From positions 21,326-85,325 of the forward strand of contig JBPCLO010000027.1 in the NCBI GenBank assembly GCA_051003155.1: 64,000 nt of DNA, given 5' to 3'. Positions 18,892-28,976 of this stretch are shown here, piece by piece. A program made the translations under genes and the position numbers. This stretch comes from Fimbriimonadales bacterium. Its GTDB lineage: Bacteria; Armatimonadota; Fimbriimonadia; Fimbriimonadales; ATM1. The first letter of the stretch is position 1. Every line of letters starts with the position of its first letter. The notes below the pieces were generated by a model, which saw nothing but the letters and a program-made list of their open reading frames with translations, had not been told where the DNA came from and searched no databases.

Positions 18892-20334
18892 ATGCTCGCC
18901 CTGGCCGCTGCTTCGTTGGCTCTTTCAATCCCTCAATTGGGCTGGCGCGCGGGCACTCCTGAGCCGATTCTGGAAGCCAGCCCGCGCTGGGTCGAACTGT
19001 ATTGGAAAGCCTGGGAAAACGTCCAGGTGGCCACGGTGAAATCCGACGGTCCTCCCGGAATGCAGGGGCCGGGCTCGAAGCCGTTTCCGCACGGCGTTAT
19101 TGCCGAAGGAGGGGCCGAGAATTACGACGGATCCCTTGCCGTAGCACTTTTTGGGCGCTGGGCATTTCGCGCCTGCGGGGCGGACGCGACGATCAGGTGG
19201 GCGTTAGGAAAGGTTGACACATCCGGCAGGGTTTCGAACGCTGCCGGCAGCTTCGCCTGGGAGGCGCATGGTCCCCCGATTGCCGGTCTTGTTGCCTGGA
19301 GGCTATACCAGATCACCGGGGACAAGGCGAAACTCGAGCCATTGTTAGCCCCGCTTGTTCGGCGCCACGCCTATATCACCGCGCGGTACACTGCCGAGCC
19401 CGAGCCCAAGCCGGACAACCCGAAAGACAAACCCAAGGTGCGACACTTCGTTGCGCCAGGCCTTTCGGTCATTCCGGGACCGGCACCCGAAGTTGAGCAA
19501 TCCGCAGAGGCAGTCGGCCTCCTGCTGCAAGGGGCCGTTTTCCTGAGGAAAGTCGCCCGAACGCTCGGCGTCGGTAGGGCCGAGCGCGTGTACGAAGGGC
19601 TCGTCGAGCGCGGATCGGCGGATCTGGCGGCGATGTGGGATACCGACCTAAAGATGCTCACCGGCCGAAATGCGGAGGACGAGCCGTCGGAACGGCGCTC
19701 TTTGGTGCCGCTTTGGGGGCTGATCGGGGGTGAAGTCCCTGTAAGCGTTTCGCAAGCGGCCCTCGGAGCGCTACGCGACCCGAAGCTTTTCTACCGGCGG
19801 ACGCTGTTCCCCCTTCTGCCGAAAACCGACCCGGTATACGACGGATCCGCTGGTGTCCGCCCCTTGTACTCGTACCTCACGCTGCGGTCGCTCATCGACT
19901 GCGGTTTATCTGAGCAAGCGGGGCGGGCGGCGGAGTCGATGCTCAGCGTGTACGAAGGTGCCGCAGGATCGAGCCTGACACTTTTTGACATGTACGGCCC
20001 CGAGACAAGGACGCCCGCCCCGCGGGCCAATCCACACTCCCTCGAAGCGGGCTTGATCGTGATCGCAGCCCTAATCGAAGCCGTTATCGGGATCGACGTC
20101 GACGCTTCCAAATCTGAGGTCCAGTGGAACATCCGGCGCGCGGACCGACACGGAATCGCCAACCTCCGCTTCGGCAATAACCTCGTCACCTTGAGATGCG
20201 GGCCGCGCCAAACGTCCGGGGACTTGCCGACTGTGTCCATAGACTGCGAACGGCCGTTCACGCTCTCGATCGCGTGGGGATCGCAGAAGGCAAAGAAGCG
20301 GTTCCCTGAAGGCAGGCATCAGTGGACTCCGTAG
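18892..20334 (+). CDS. Secreted protein, possibly an (alpha/alpha)6-barrel glycoside-hydrolase-like enzyme
   Basis: The track ORF from 18658 overlaps dprA. ATG 18892 gives a signal-peptide-like MLALAAASLALS start. GPPIAGLVAWRLYQITGDKAKLEPLLAPL resembles GH63/GH37-type six-hairpin motifs. The functional call is weak. Confidence 0.4.
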   Translation: MLALAAASLALSIPQLGWRAGTPEPILEASPRWVELYWKAWENVQVATVKSDGPPGMQGPGSKPFPHGVIAEGGAENYDGSLAVALFGRWAFRACGADATIRWALGKVDTSGRVSNAAGSFAWEAHGPPIAGLVAWRLYQITGDKAKLEPLLAPLVRRHAYITARYTAEPEPKPDNPKDKPKVRHFVAPGLSVIPGPAPEVEQSAEAVGLLLQGAVFLRKVARTLGVGRAERVYEGLVERGSADLAAMWDTDLKMLTGRNAEDEPSERRSLVPLWGLIGGEVPVSVSQAALGALRDPKLFYRRTLFPLLPKTDPVYDGSAGVRPLYSYLTLRSLIDCGLSEQAGRAAESMLSVYEGAAGSSLTLFDMYGPETRTPAPRANPHSLEAGLIVIAALIEAVIGIDVDASKSEVQWNIRRADRHGIANLRFGNNLVTLRCGPRQTSGDLPTVSIDCERPFTLSIAWGSQKAKKRFPEGRHQWTP

Positions 20335-20338
20335 AGGC

Positions 20339-21340
20339 CTACGATAGAAACGGCACCGGCTCGCCTATCCCAGCGCTCCGATATCCCGCCATGGCGAAGC
20401 GCGCTGCCAGCAAGCCGTCTTCCAGGCTCACTGGAGGATGCACGTCTTCCTCTACACACTTGATAAAAGCGGCCACCACCGCGGAGTCAAGGTCGCTTGC
20501 AAAAGAGGCAACGGAGCCCCTCATCGCGTTGTTGGAATACACGTCGAAGGCCTGAGCGAACATGTCCAACTGGATGACCCCATTATCTCCGACCACGCTC
20601 AGCTTGACGTCACCCCACGTCTTGTACGAGGACGGGCGTGACCAACTCGCGTCGATCGTTGCAAAAATGCCGCTCGGAAATTTCACGTGCAGCATCGCCG
20701 TGTCCTCCCAGCTCTGACCGTAAAGCAAGTTCGCCGTTTGCGCGTAAACCTCCGCGGGTTCCTCGCGCAAGAGGTCGCGTAGAAGGTCGGCCACGTGAAC
20801 GGTATGGTCCATCATCGCGCCGCCCCCGGACTTGTCTTCTTCGACGAACCAGCCGAACGGACACGTACCGTGGTTGGTGGCATTGATCGCGAGGATGTTC
20901 CCGATATCGCCGTTCGCGATTCGCTCTTTGAGACGTGCGTAGGCGGGGCTGAAGCGGCACGGGAACGCGGTCATTACCTTGACGCCGGCGGTACCCTCCG
21001 CCATCATCGTGGCCTCCTCTTCGGTAGCTACGAGCGGCTTTTCGCAAAGAATATGCTTCCCCTTCGCGGCCGCGGCTTTGGCCAAGTTGACGTGCCGTTT
21101 GTTTTCGCTGGTGATGATCACAGCGTCGGCCCTCTCGAGAGCCTCCGACCGATCGGCGAAGAACGGAACGCCAAACCGTGAGGCGAACTCACGTCCACGC
21201 GCCGAGTCGTCGTCCCAAACTCCAACAAACTCGCAGCCGGGATTGCTCAAAACGCCGTACGCGTAACCGAAACTGTGCATGTGTGCGGTGGAGAGGATGG
21301 CGACACGAACCGGCATACCCGATAGTTTGCCGCAGGCCAA
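20339..21340 (-). CDS. Gfo/Idh/MocA family NAD(P)-dependent oxidoreductase
   Basis: VRVAILSTAHMHSFGYA...EFVGVWDDD is an N-terminal Rossmann motif, and HILCEKP is the family motif. Confidence 0.85.
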   Translation of the reverse strand: MACGKLSGMPVRVAILSTAHMHSFGYAYGVLSNPGCEFVGVWDDDSARGREFASRFGVPFFADRSEALERADAVIITSENKRHVNLAKAAAAKGKHILCEKPLVATEEEATMMAEGTAGVKVMTAFPCRFSPAYARLKERIANGDIGNILAINATNHGTCPFGWFVEEDKSGGGAMMDHTVHVADLLRDLLREEPAEVYAQTANLLYGQSWEDTAMLHVKFPSGIFATIDASWSRPSSYKTWGDVKLSVVGDNGVIQLDMFAQAFDVYSNNAMRGSVASFASDLDSAVVAAFIKCVEEDVHPPVSLEDGLLAARFAMAGYRSAGIGEPVPFLS

Positions 21341-21351
21341 GGACTTCTTGC

Positions 21352-22161
21352 TCAGAAGCTATCGACGAGAAACCGTTCGAGCTCGCGCTTCGCGATGAGG
21401 ATGCCCGGACGCCGCATCGCACCCGACCACGTCTCGCTGTGAGGCTCGATGCTGATTACGCCCTTGTACCGCTTCTTGTACAGGATGCCGATCAGCTTGC
21501 CCCAATCGAAGTCTCCCTGCCCCGCCATGGGCTCGTCGACCACCCTGTCCCCGACCTTCAGCACCTCCTTCGCGTGGAAGTGGATCACGTGCTCTCCGTA
21601 GTCGGCGAGGTGGGCATACGGGTCGTCGCCCGCGTTGTAAGGGTGCGACGGATCGAATTTGATCCCGATCCCCGGCAGCTGTTTCAGCACTACGTCCCAG
21701 GCAGCCGGGCCGGTAACGCAGTTCGCCCATGGGCAGTTGTAGAAGCAAACCCTCACGTTCCTCTCTTCCGCATATTCTGGGATTCCCTTGTAGATCGCGA
21801 CCACGTCTTTCAATTTCGCGTCCAATTGATCGCCCTCGCGATCGCCACCGCCCGTCATCACGATTGGACAGTGCAGATGGGCTGCGTAGTCGATCGTATG
21901 CTTGAGCCTGCGTAGCGCCTCATCGCGCTTAGCAGCGTCCTTGCTGATGAAATCTTGCCCCCAGCAGCCCAAGGCGCAAGCATGCACCAGATGCTGGCGC
22001 AGCCAAAGATGCATCTGGGTCGCTTGGGGGAAGCTGTCGTCAAAGTCGACGTGGTAGTTGTACTCGACATTAGGTAGGCCGTTTCCCTGGGCCCACTTGA
22101 TGTCGCTTTCGTCGTGCTCAGCGATAAAGCCTAGCCTGATCGGCGCCTCGAGATGCTGCAT
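21352..22161 (-). CDS. Sugar phosphate isomerase/epimerase (xylose-isomerase-like TIM barrel)
   Basis: HFHAKEV...GQGDFDWGKLIGILYKKRYKGVISIEPHS is typical of the AP-endonuclease-2/TIM-barrel family. It is adjacent to the Gfo/Idh/MocA oxidoreductase. Confidence 0.8.
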   Translation of the reverse strand: MQHLEAPIRLGFIAEHDESDIKWAQGNGLPNVEYNYHVDFDDSFPQATQMHLWLRQHLVHACALGCWGQDFISKDAAKRDEALRRLKHTIDYAAHLHCPIVMTGGGDREGDQLDAKLKDVVAIYKGIPEYAEERNVRVCFYNCPWANCVTGPAAWDVVLKQLPGIGIKFDPSHPYNAGDDPYAHLADYGEHVIHFHAKEVLKVGDRVVDEPMAGQGDFDWGKLIGILYKKRYKGVISIEPHSETWSGAMRRPGILIAKRELERFLVDSF

Positions 22162-22197
22162 GGCGTTACGATTCGGCGGAGAATCTCTTTTTCCTTG

Positions 22198-23931
22198 CTA
22201 CACGCTCGATGACTGCGCCGACTCCGGAATCGGTAGCAGGATCGTGAACCGGGCGCCTTTGCCCTCCTCGCCGCTCTCGTACAGCTTACCGCCATGTGCG
22301 TCGATGATCCCCTTTACAATGGAAAGCCCCAGTCCCATGCCGCGTGGGCGCGAAGACTTGTAGGGCATAAAAATCGACTCTTTGCTTCCCGTGGCAACAC
22401 CCGGACCCTGGTCTTCCACCTCGATGAGAACATGCTCAAGTCCCCGCGGGTCCCACTTTGCGCGGCGAAGATCTTCGGGCGTCGCGACGCGAGTTCTGAG
22501 CGCGATTTCGCCACGCTCCACGAAATGGAGCGCGTTCTCGACGAGCTCCGAGATGGCTCTTTCGATTTTCTTGGGGTCAAATTTGAAGCTGTCTATGTTG
22601 CCGGCGAGATCGAGCTTTAGCTTTACAGGGCTGGTTTCCGGGATCAGCGCATTGGCCGCATCCCTGGCCACTGCGTTGATGTCGGCAACTTCTTCGTTCA
22701 GTTTGGTTGCGGTTACAAAATCGCGAAACTCATGCAGGATTTCATCGAGCCGTCCAATTCCTTTTTCAAGGCTTTCCGTAATATTCGCAATGCTATTCCG
22801 CGCAAGCTCCGGTTTGCTCAAAAGATGTTTCAGCTCGTTTAAGTCGCCTTTAAGTGCAAAGACGCGATTGCCTATCATATGCGAGCTTTTCGCACTTAAT
22901 TCCCCCCAGGCGGCCATTCTCTCGCTGTTAATCAATTTTCTCATTCCGCGCAATTTCTGCAAGCCGGCTCCCAACTGTTCAGCGATTGCCATGAGCAGCC
23001 TCTCGTCGCCCTCGGTAAAGCGGTTGTCGATAAACGGATTGCTGGCCTTTTTCCGCAATGCCCGCATGCAGCCCAAAGCAGTTCCGCCGCTCGTGATCGG
23101 CACCGCAAGAAAGGACTTAATCTCTTCCCGCGGAAACTCGAGAAATCTGCCTCGCCAGCGCGGGTCCTTCGACGGGTCGGAGAGGCGCACTGGTTCGCAG
23201 TGCTCGCAAACCCATCCAGTACAACCCTCCCCGGCTAAATATTGGGCTTCAGGAGCGAGGGTCGACGAGCCGACAGTATCGTTAAGGACGAACGCTTGCG
23301 CCCTTTCATCCCAAAGGAAGATCGAATAGGCACTGACCCGGAGCACTTTCTGCGTGACGGACGCCACTCGCTTGAGAAGGTCCTCCTCGGTTTTGGCCTG
23401 GTCGAGGGCGGTGACGATCTGAAAGAGAGCCTCTTCCGTAATGCGCGAGTCTTCGCGATCCAGGACGATTCCCGCGATAACGGCGAGGAGCTCGAGATTC
23501 TCCTTGTCCAGATCGTCGAATTTCGCCGTCTCATCAGACTCCGCATTCAGAACACCACGCATTCGCGCGTCCGCGTCCCGGATCGGCGAGGCCAGCTCGC
23601 TGCGCGTCCCCTCGATCAGCCGCCTATACCTGCTCTCGACCCGAACGTCGCTGCTCAAATACGAAGTCCCTGTGGCGGCCACGTATGCGGTAATGCCTTC
23701 GTTCTGCTCGTCGCCGATGTTGATCTGCTCGCCGAGAAGGTTAGGGCTCCAATCCTCCCCGATGCCCGCGCGCAGAGTCATGTAGCCTTGCTCCGCGTTG
23801 AAGTCCGCGATCATCGCGTTACGCGCGCCCGTCATCGTCACCGCGTTCTCGCACACGGTGTAAAGGGTCGTGGCGTCGTGCGACAGCGATACCTGCTCTA
23901 AAAGTTTGCGCAACTGCACGACGGTGTCCAC
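22198..23931 (-). CDS. Multi-GAF sensor histidine kinase
   Basis: GAF-like repeats make up the N-terminal two thirds. The C-terminal HATPase carries DQGPGV and GMGLGLSIVKGIIDAHGGKLYESGEEGKGARFTILLP. No response regulator lies next to it. Confidence 0.85.
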   Translation of the reverse strand: MDTVVQLRKLLEQVSLSHDATTLYTVCENAVTMTGARNAMIADFNAEQGYMTLRAGIGEDWSPNLLGEQINIGDEQNEGITAYVAATGTSYLSSDVRVESRYRRLIEGTRSELASPIRDADARMRGVLNAESDETAKFDDLDKENLELLAVIAGIVLDREDSRITEEALFQIVTALDQAKTEEDLLKRVASVTQKVLRVSAYSIFLWDERAQAFVLNDTVGSSTLAPEAQYLAGEGCTGWVCEHCEPVRLSDPSKDPRWRGRFLEFPREEIKSFLAVPITSGGTALGCMRALRKKASNPFIDNRFTEGDERLLMAIAEQLGAGLQKLRGMRKLINSERMAAWGELSAKSSHMIGNRVFALKGDLNELKHLLSKPELARNSIANITESLEKGIGRLDEILHEFRDFVTATKLNEEVADINAVARDAANALIPETSPVKLKLDLAGNIDSFKFDPKKIERAISELVENALHFVERGEIALRTRVATPEDLRRAKWDPRGLEHVLIEVEDQGPGVATGSKESIFMPYKSSRPRGMGLGLSIVKGIIDAHGGKLYESGEEGKGARFTILLPIPESAQSSSV

Positions 23932-24070
23932 CGCGAGATTATGACCTCCGGCGGAGACTCTCGCACCTCCGGAACCGTCTTGGAGACGCTTGTTGTCACG
24001 CCTCCGCGATCGTGCGACAGCATGGGCGCGTGTAACCTAGCCATCTCTTCGAATCGGCGTATAGTTAGGC

Positions 24071-25186
24071 ATGAGGAGAGTTGCGGGCTTCGTTCTGTTT
24101 GGATTGTTTGGCGTCGGCCTGGCGCAATACAAGGTCGAGGTCCTGCATCCCGACGGCGTCGGGCCGAGATCCTTCGGCATGGGAGCGGGCGGTGGGCAGC
24201 AGGTGGGGCATACGAACCTTTTTCAGATTGGCCCCAGCCACGCGCTGCTCTGGTCGGGATCGCAGGAGAGCTTCATCTACTTGCATCCCGCCGGCTGGGA
24301 CGGGTCGTATGCGATGGGCGTATCGGGCGGCAAGCAGATCGGCTACCGTGAGAGGAGCTCCGGCCAAGGTCGCGGGCAGTTCGCGACCCTTTGGTCCGGC
24401 TCGGCGAAGAGCTGGGTGGACTTGCACGACGACCGGTACATCGAAACGAACGGTCTTGGGATCGGCGGAGATCAGCAGGTCGGCTTTGGCGCGATCAACC
24501 AAGAGGACGTGCACGCGCCCATGTGGCTCGGCACAGCGAAGTCCCTCGTAAGTTTGCATCCTGGCAATGAGTTCGAGGCGAGCAGAGCGTACGACACCGA
24601 CGGCAAGCAGCAGGTTGGCGGCGCCGCGACTAGAGTCTTCTCCCACGCAGCGCTGTGGACCGGCACAGCGGAGAGCTACGTGGACCTGGGACCGAAAGGG
24701 TATGGGACTAGCGTAGCTCATGGAGTGGCCAAGGGCCAGCAAGCAGGTTGGGCGGCTTTCGATGGGAACGCGCACGCCGGCATTTGGCGAGGAACCGCGG
24801 AGTCGTTCGTCGACTTGAATCCTGGACCCAACGATCAGGTTGGTTCGATAGCATTCGCAACGAACGGCGAGACACAGGTGGGAGTTGCCGCTGGGCTACT
24901 GATCGGCGGCTTCCATGCTTCTTTGTGGCACGGGAGTCCAGAGACGTTCCCGGACCTGCATACTTTTCTCCCCGAGCGATTCCAAGGAAAGGGAGCCGAG
25001 TCGGAAGCAAGGGGAATCGACGAATTCGGCCATATCGTCGGGTGGGCGCGAGACACCAACACGCAGGCCGCGCAAGCGATTCTTTGGACGCCGGTGCCAG
25101 AGCCAGCTTCCGGCACCATTCTATTGACATCCCTCGTTCTGTTGCTGGCTAGAAGAAGCGGGGGAACCCAGACGAAGACGCCCTAG
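24071..25186 (+). CDS. HAF-type repeat protein with a PEP-CTERM sorting signal
   Basis: It has a signal peptide and six to seven repeats of about 44 aa, each starting with HA.LW.G...S.VDL.P. The C-terminus is VPEPASGTILLTSLVLLLARRS. Confidence 0.85.
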   Translation: MRRVAGFVLFGLFGVGLAQYKVEVLHPDGVGPRSFGMGAGGGQQVGHTNLFQIGPSHALLWSGSQESFIYLHPAGWDGSYAMGVSGGKQIGYRERSSGQGRGQFATLWSGSAKSWVDLHDDRYIETNGLGIGGDQQVGFGAINQEDVHAPMWLGTAKSLVSLHPGNEFEASRAYDTDGKQQVGGAATRVFSHAALWTGTAESYVDLGPKGYGTSVAHGVAKGQQAGWAAFDGNAHAGIWRGTAESFVDLNPGPNDQVGSIAFATNGETQVGVAAGLLIGGFHASLWHGSPETFPDLHTFLPERFQGKGAESEARGIDEFGHIVGWARDTNTQAAQAILWTPVPEPASGTILLTSLVLLLARRSGGTQTKTP

Positions 25187-25327
25187 ATCTGGGAATTCGA
25201 CCCCGCGGATACCGGCCAGATGGCCCACCGGATCGCGCGTTGGCTCAACTGCAGCGAACCCGGCCCTTGGAGCGACACCGTCAGCGCAACTATGCCCTGG
25301 GTAGAGAACACTTCGAGTGACGAAGAG

Positions 25328-25381
25328 CGGCAGTAACCCGAAAGAGCCGCCAGCATTTCGGGTACACTGCCGTCTTCTTTC
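25328..25381 (+). terminator. Long hairpin plus U-rich tract (candidate intrinsic terminator)
   Basis: CGGCAGUAACCCGAAA-GAGCCGCCAGCA-UUUCGGGUACACUGCCG (7 + 8 bp stems) is followed by UCUUCUUUC. It lies about 140 nt downstream of the PEP-CTERM gene. Confidence 0.45.
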
Positions 25382-25503
25382 GGGGGAACCCAGAATGACC
25401 ATTCGTTTCGCTTGAGCTAAAAAACACCGGCCACTTCGATCGCGCGGCCTTTCGCCCGCCGGTTCGGCCGTACTAGCTCCTCCTTTCAGCCTTTCGTGCC
25501 TGT

Positions 25504-26898
25504 ATGCAATGCATATCGGCCCCCGTCCACAGCGGAGCGTTTCCCTTGTCATCGAATTACAGCAAACAATCCATATTCAGCTACGCCGGCTTTCGGGACA
25601 TATTCATCGGCCAGCTTATCTCGCAGTTCGGCGACGTGCTGTACTTCCTGGTCTTCCTTTGGTGGGCCTACGAGATCGGTGGCGCGGCGGCGGTAGGCAT
25701 CGTCAGCGCGTGCTCGGTGGGGGCTTACCTGGTGCTATCGCTCTACGCGGGCACGGTCGCTGACCGCTACGACCGCCGGACGATACTTCTGGTTTCTGAT
25801 ATTGCGTGCGCAATCATCATAGTGGGCCTCATTGTAGTTGTGCTGATCGACCCGACGCCGCGGCTGTGGGTGCTCTGCGCGTTCACGGTCGCCTTGAAAG
25901 CGGCGTTCGTGTTTCAGAGGCCGGCGCGGACGGCCGCGATACCTCGGCTTGTGCCTACCGCGAGATTGCTGGAAGCAAACTCTCTAAATACGACGTTCCA
26001 AACCGCGATGCCTTTGGCCGGCAACGCGCTCGGAGCGGTGGTGCTCGGCGCCATCTTCAAGCTGAGTGCCTCGCTTGCCTACATCGTGACCTTCGCTGTG
26101 AACGGCATCACCTTCATCTTGTCGGCGATCTTTATGGCCAAGCTGCCGCCGATCGTCCCGGAGCGCGAAGGCCCGCCCAAGCACGCCTGGCACGAAGCCA
26201 AAGAGGGAATCAAGTTCATTTGGAGTCATTCGGTGCTGCGACCTTGTGCGATCCTGTTTTTTGGGTTCGAGTTCTTTGTCGCGCCATTTATGCCCGCTTA
26301 CGTTATTGCGGCCAAAACGACCTTCGCGTCCGGGTTCAATTTGTTCGGTCTGAACATTGCCGGGCCCGCCCTCCTGGCTCTGCTCGAAACCGGGTTCTTC
26401 CTCGGCTTCGTCCTTGGCTCGTTCGTGCTCTACAAGCGCCCTGTCCACCGTGTCGGCTACGCGTTCGCGGTGTTCATGGCGCTCGGTTCGCTCACGATCA
26501 TCCCGATGGGCTGGATCACGTCGATCCCGCTCTTCTGGTTCCTGAACTTCCTTTGCGGCCTGTGCTTCCCATTCGGAATCATCCCGCTCGAAACGTTCAT
26601 GCAGACAGTTACGCCGGATGAATTCCGAGGCCGAATGAGCTCCGCGATCGGCACGCTGAGCGCAAGCGCGGCGCCGGTCGGGATGCTGCTCAGCGGCTTC
26701 CTGATCGTATGGATCGGGTTGACGGGAACGTTCGCGTTTATCGGAATCGGCTTGGTGATCACCGCGCTGGCAGGCCTGATTCCGGCCAGCTTCAGGCGTG
26801 CTCGCCTCACCAACGAGCAGGCAGAGGGCCACGTTTCCGACGAGCAGATCACGCCTGGAGCCCTGGTTCAGGAGACGGTTTCGGCGACGGCGGAATAG
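25504..26898 (+). CDS. MFS transporter (MFS_3/EntS-like)
   Basis: It has about 12 predicted hydrophobic segments. The N-terminus FRDIFIGQLISQFGDVLYFLVFLWW is typical of this MFS subfamily. Confidence 0.85.
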   Translation: MQCISAPVHSGAFPLSSNYSKQSIFSYAGFRDIFIGQLISQFGDVLYFLVFLWWAYEIGGAAAVGIVSACSVGAYLVLSLYAGTVADRYDRRTILLVSDIACAIIIVGLIVVVLIDPTPRLWVLCAFTVALKAAFVFQRPARTAAIPRLVPTARLLEANSLNTTFQTAMPLAGNALGAVVLGAIFKLSASLAYIVTFAVNGITFILSAIFMAKLPPIVPEREGPPKHAWHEAKEGIKFIWSHSVLRPCAILFFGFEFFVAPFMPAYVIAAKTTFASGFNLFGLNIAGPALLALLETGFFLGFVLGSFVLYKRPVHRVGYAFAVFMALGSLTIIPMGWITSIPLFWFLNFLCGLCFPFGIIPLETFMQTVTPDEFRGRMSSAIGTLSASAAPVGMLLSGFLIVWIGLTGTFAFIGIGLVITALAGLIPASFRRARLTNEQAEGHVSDEQITPGALVQETVSATAE

Positions 26899-26937
26899 TC
26901 CGACAGGCCAGACATGTCGGGCGTCTCCGACCGCGGC

Positions 26938-28185
26938 CTATTGCTGCTCGGCAGGCCCTTCGTCGAAGAGCGATGTCTTTTGGAAGGCTATTCGCTCTTC
27001 GGCGGAATCCTTGGCGGCTAGGACCCCCGCAGGGAGGATTGCATTCTTACCGAACTTCGCGTTAAGAACGTCTACGGCGCTGGCCAGCTTATGCCGATCG
27101 TTGTCCCGGTCGAAAATCGATGGTGTTCGTTCCGCGGCCGGTTCCAAGTCGTAGAACGTGAGCCCGACCTGCGTCGGATCCTCGATGGGGTTACTCGCCC
27201 AAGCCTCCTGCAATATCTCGACGAGGACAAGCGTCTCGGAGGTCGCCTCGACCTTCACCTTGTGAACCCACTCCTCTTTCCCATCCCGAACGATGAATGC
27301 GGCCTGCCGGCACGTCAACGCCTCCCGCCGCAGACGCGCAGTCGCCTTCTGAAGCAGCCGCAGCAGCACTTGGTAAGAACCTTCCCGCGTTCGGTGCTGC
27401 GGAGGCAGAACATGACTGTTTCCCAAGCTCTTCCGAGGACGCTCCTTCTCCGGAACATCGTATCCGCGCAGGAGGTACCACCAGCGCCCCCCGACGACGC
27501 TGCCGAACGCCGATCGCAACTGCGGCTCGCTCGCCGAGAGCATGTCGGCCGCGGTGAATATCCCGCCAAGGCCCAGCCGCACCGCCATTCGCTTATTGAT
27601 TCCATAAAATTCGGTCACGCCGAGTGCGCGGAGCCGCTCGGCCATGGTGTCCGGATGAAGCAGCACCAAACCGTTCGGCTTCTCCATATCGCTTGCCACC
27701 TTGGAAAGGAACGCGTTTGGCGCGAGCCCGATCGAGCAAGTCATGCACTCGCCGACCTGTTCGTAGATCGCGGTTTTGACGCGAGCCGCGATTGCGCGCG
27801 CCGCTTCCTCAGTCGCCTCCGATCCTAAAAGCATCACGCGCATCTCGTCGATCGAGCAAACCTTCTCCACCGGAACGACGGATTCCACCGCCTTCACGAC
27901 TCGGTCGTGGTACTCGGCGTATGTCTTGTGGTCGCCCTCGACCAGCATGATGTGAGGACATAGCCGTTTCGCGTCACTCACGCGCGTCAACGTGTTGCAG
28001 CCGAACTTCTTCGCCTCATAGCTCGCGGCGATGAGAACAGTGCTGTCAGCCAGCATGGGCACGACGCCGACGGGCTTACCGCGGAGTTCGGGGTTCTCTT
28101 GCTGTTCCACCGACGCGAAGAACGCGTTCAGGTCCAAAAACAAGTACCTGTACGGCGCACCGCGGTTCGGCGAAGCTAGATGCAT
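26938..28185 (-). CDS. dinB: Y-family DNA polymerase (DNA polymerase IV-like)
   Basis: YLFLDLNAFFASVEQQENPELRGKPVGVV and SIDEMRV are catalytic motifs of the UmuC/DinB family. Confidence 0.85.
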   Translation of the reverse strand: MHLASPNRGAPYRYLFLDLNAFFASVEQQENPELRGKPVGVVPMLADSTVLIAASYEAKKFGCNTLTRVSDAKRLCPHIMLVEGDHKTYAEYHDRVVKAVESVVPVEKVCSIDEMRVMLLGSEATEEAARAIAARVKTAIYEQVGECMTCSIGLAPNAFLSKVASDMEKPNGLVLLHPDTMAERLRALGVTEFYGINKRMAVRLGLGGIFTAADMLSASEPQLRSAFGSVVGGRWWYLLRGYDVPEKERPRKSLGNSHVLPPQHRTREGSYQVLLRLLQKATARLRREALTCRQAAFIVRDGKEEWVHKVKVEATSETLVLVEILQEAWASNPIEDPTQVGLTFYDLEPAAERTPSIFDRDNDRHKLASAVDVLNAKFGKNAILPAGVLAAKDSAEERIAFQKTSLFDEGPAEQQ

Positions 28186-28206
28186 GTCTACTATTATGGA
28201 CGAGGC

Positions 28207-28968
28207 TCACTTTACGATTTCGCCGACATCCGCGCAGATATATGTCGGCGGCTGCTTGGCAGTCTTTAGATCGACCTTCGAAATTTCACCCGTAAGGACG
28301 AGCGCCGAATCGCAGCCGGCACGAGCCGCACATTCGATATCCGTATCCAACCGGTCACCGACTACCAGAGTTTCATCGGGAGAAATCTCCGTTTCCGCCC
28401 AAATCATTCGAACGAGCGTCGGCTCCGGCTTGCCGATCGTGATCTCGGGGTACTTTCCCGCGGCGGTTGCGATCGCCGCGACCATCGCACCCGCCCCCGG
28501 CTTTAACCGGCAACCTTCAACGGGATAGGTCGGGTCGAGGTTAGTCGCCATGAACCGGGCGCCCTGACGAATCCGCCATTGAGCTTCGTCGATCATCGCA
28601 TAAGTGAGACCCAAACAAGCTCCTACGACGACCCAATCCGACGCCTCGTCGCCAACGATCCGGCAACCCATCTCTCGCAGTTCCTCAACCAGCCCCTCTT
28701 CCCCTACCATGAAGACGCTGGCGCCGGCAAGAGCGATTGCCGCTCCGGCTGCGCTGGTGTAGATTTCTGTGGGACGGGCTTCGAAGCCCATTTCGTTTAA
28801 CTTGTCCGCGAACGCCTTGCGGGTCAGCGTTGAATTGTTCGTCATAAAGCGAACCGTCGAACCCTGGTCACGAAGCGGTCTTAGAGCATCCGCTGCGCCA
28901 GGGATCGGCGAATTACCGCGGTAGAGGACGCCGTCCAAATCAAAAACATACAGCTCGTACCGCCTCAT
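28207..28968 (-). CDS. HAD-IIA family hydrolase (NagD-like)
   Basis: YVFDLDGVLYRGNSPIPGA (DxDG motif), TNNS and VGDRLDTDI are present. Confidence 0.85.
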   Translation of the reverse strand: MRRYELYVFDLDGVLYRGNSPIPGAADALRPLRDQGSTVRFMTNNSTLTRKAFADKLNEMGFEARPTEIYTSAAGAAIALAGASVFMVGEEGLVEELREMGCRIVGDEASDWVVVGACLGLTYAMIDEAQWRIRQGARFMATNLDPTYPVEGCRLKPGAGAMVAAIATAAGKYPEITIGKPEPTLVRMIWAETEISPDETLVVGDRLDTDIECAARAGCDSALVLTGEISKVDLKTAKQPPTYICADVGEIVK

Positions 28969-28976
28969 GCCGGCGG

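Noticed and set aside
25121-25552. 143-aa minus-strand ORF in the spacer between the PEP-CTERM and MFS genes
   Set aside because: It has no motifs. It overlaps the ends of both flanking genes and contains the long terminator-like hairpin, so it is more likely non-coding.
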